Below are positions 62,539 through 64,000 of a DNA stretch of 64,000 bases, piece after piece. Origin of the DNA: Methanotrichaceae archaeon (GTDB lineage: Archaea > Halobacteriota > Methanosarcinia > Methanotrichales > Methanotrichaceae). A model generated the notes under the pieces. It had not been told where the DNA came from, searched no databases, and was given only the letters and a program-made list of their open reading frames with translations. The number at the start of each line of letters is the position of its first letter. The first letter of the stretch is position 1. Position numbers and translations under genes: made by a program. The DNA lies in contig CAVWIG010000028.1 in NCBI GenBank assembly GCA_963754945.1, positions 166,130 through 230,129 on the forward strand, written 5' to 3'.

Positions 62539-62793
62539 ATGTTCTCTGAGTACATTCATGCGGCGCTATCCAGGGCCCCTTATGAGATCATCGACGACCC
62601 TGAACCATTTTATGGAGAGGTCCCGGAACTGAGAGGTGTTTGGGCTTCGGGCAAGACCCTGGAAGAGTGCCGCGAAAATCTGTTAGGCGTTATCGAAGGC
62701 TGGATAGCCTTGAGACTAAGGCTGGGGTTGGCTATACCACCCGTTAATGGGCATACGATAGATATACCTTCAAGGGTCGAGGCAGTTGTCTAA
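62539..62793 (+). CDS. hicB: HicB-family antitoxin
   Basis: MFSEYIHAAL..FYGEVPELRGVWASGKTLEECRENL..IEGW. Confidence 0.88.
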   Translation: MFSEYIHAALSRAPYEIIDDPEPFYGEVPELRGVWASGKTLEECRENLLGVIEGWIALRLRLGLAIPPVNGHTIDIPSRVEAVV

Positions 62794-63012
62794 GCTCACA
62801 AGTGTCTCATGGAACGAAATGGTTAGACGCTTACGAGAGCTTGGTTTTGTTGGACCTTATCTCAGCAGCGGCCCCCATCCATATTACATGAAAAAAGAAG
62901 ACTTGACCGTCGACCTACCAAACCCTCATAAGCAGAATATTTTGGCATTGATCTACTTAAGAAGGTCTTGAAGCGGGCAGAGATTAGCCGCGAAGATTGG
63001 CTTTCAGTTTAG
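62786..63012 (+). pseudogene. hicA: HicA-family toxin, frameshifted at the T-run near 62940
   Basis: LRELGF..SGPHPYYMKK..LPNPH, then GIDLLKKVLKRAEISREDW in another frame. Confidence 0.8.
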
Positions 63013-63354
63013 ATTTTCGATTTCCCAGCATAAAACCTTGAGTGCAAAGGCACACGGAGTTTGAGCTGGAACGTATCCTTATAATAATATCTTGCTGTTT
63101 AAAGCATATTACAAGTTATATGCACCACTTTAGAGGCCAATTATGGCGGGCTCGATGCATGTCTAGCGACTAACGTCAATAAATAGAGCCCGTTGGGACG
63201 CGTAATAAATGTAAATGGGTGTCTAATATACTGTACTTTCCAACTTTTTCGTATATTTATAATATCATCAGATTAAATTAGAATATAAATTTAATAAAAA
63301 AAATAAAAAGTAAGGGTTTTATACTAGGATCAAATTCTCTCTTTTGGGAGTAGA

Positions 63355-63792
63355 ATGATCAAAATAATAAAGGTACCATTACAATTAGAGCCGTTCTTGA
63401 ATGAATTTCAGGATCTTTTTACGAAACCGAGTTATGGATCGTTTCGAGATTTGTGTGGAGCGTTAAGCGTGTGTGATAAATCCAAGACCGTTTCCAACCT
63501 TTGTGATACTATGGCCGAATGTAGGAAAGGAAAAAAAGCACGCTCTTCGTACAATTGGTTCTTTAGCGATGCGAATTGGGACGAGGATGAAGTTGCTCAA
63601 CGCAAAGTGGACCTTTTTATTGAGAAATTATGTTTAAAAGAAAATAATAGAATGTTGTTAATAATTGATGACACATACAATGAGAAGGAAGGAACTCAAA
63701 CGGAAGGTGTAGGAAAATTTTATGATCATAGTAAAGAAACCTACATTTGGGGTAACAATTTTGTTACCTCTGTTATCTGCTGTGTCGATTAA
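63355..63792 (+). pseudogene. IS701-family transposase, truncated by a second IS
   Basis: FFSDANWD, LIIDDTYNEK, YDHS..YIWGNNFVTS, then an abrupt switch at ~63778. Confidence 0.8.
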
Positions 63793-64000
63793 GCTTAAAT
63801 AGTTTAAATATAAATATTGTGTCATGAACTATGTTGATAATAGAGACTGGCCAGAATATAATGCCCAACTTGTTCGAAGAGGCGAATTCTATCTCGATTT
63901 GAGTTGTGTGAAGAACTGGAGTTGGGAATTAAGAGAAATGAATAGAAAGAAAACAGGCGCTCCATACAAATACCCTAACACTTTTATAACTTTTGCATCA
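63778..64000 (+). mobile_element. Left end and transposase N-terminus (ATG 63824) of an IS5-family (IS903-like) element
   Basis: MNYVDNRDWPEYNAQLVRRGEFYLD..WSWELREMNRKKTGAPYKYP; probable end near TGCTGTGTCGATTAAG. Confidence 0.8.

Overview
Archaeal chromosomal segment, most likely from a Methanothrix/Methanotrichaceae-type methanogen. This is inferred from csl4-rpoL, rps8e, elp3, aTrm56, Tfx, tandem DUF1699 genes, a PGF-CTERM surface protein and pentapeptide-repeat membrane proteins. Core housekeeping genes and two tRNAs (Arg-CCT, His-GTG) are interspersed with accessory material: toxin-antitoxin modules at both ends, an AT-rich secreted-protein/papain islet, two intact IS elements inserted a few tens of bases apart in one TPR gene, a GC-rich katG, and nested IS remnants. 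The most striking unexplained structure is at 32.88-33.43 kb, next to tRNA-His. It is a tandem array of three diverged, apparently non-coding units on the minus strand. Each has its own BRE-TATA promoter about 30 nt upstream of a conserved GGCAAAAGUC...GACUUUUGC hairpin whose loop and 3' tail carry anti-Shine-Dalgarno-like CCCUCC motifs, making it a candidate family of trans-acting sRNAs. Also notable are a bacterial-type SpeA divergently paired with a deoxyhypusine-synthase-like gene (candidate homospermidine pathway), a four-domain cupredoxin plus a PGF-CTERM cupredoxin, and a pfkB-fbaB-gpmA operon ending in an HPrK/PEPCK-like P-loop protein.
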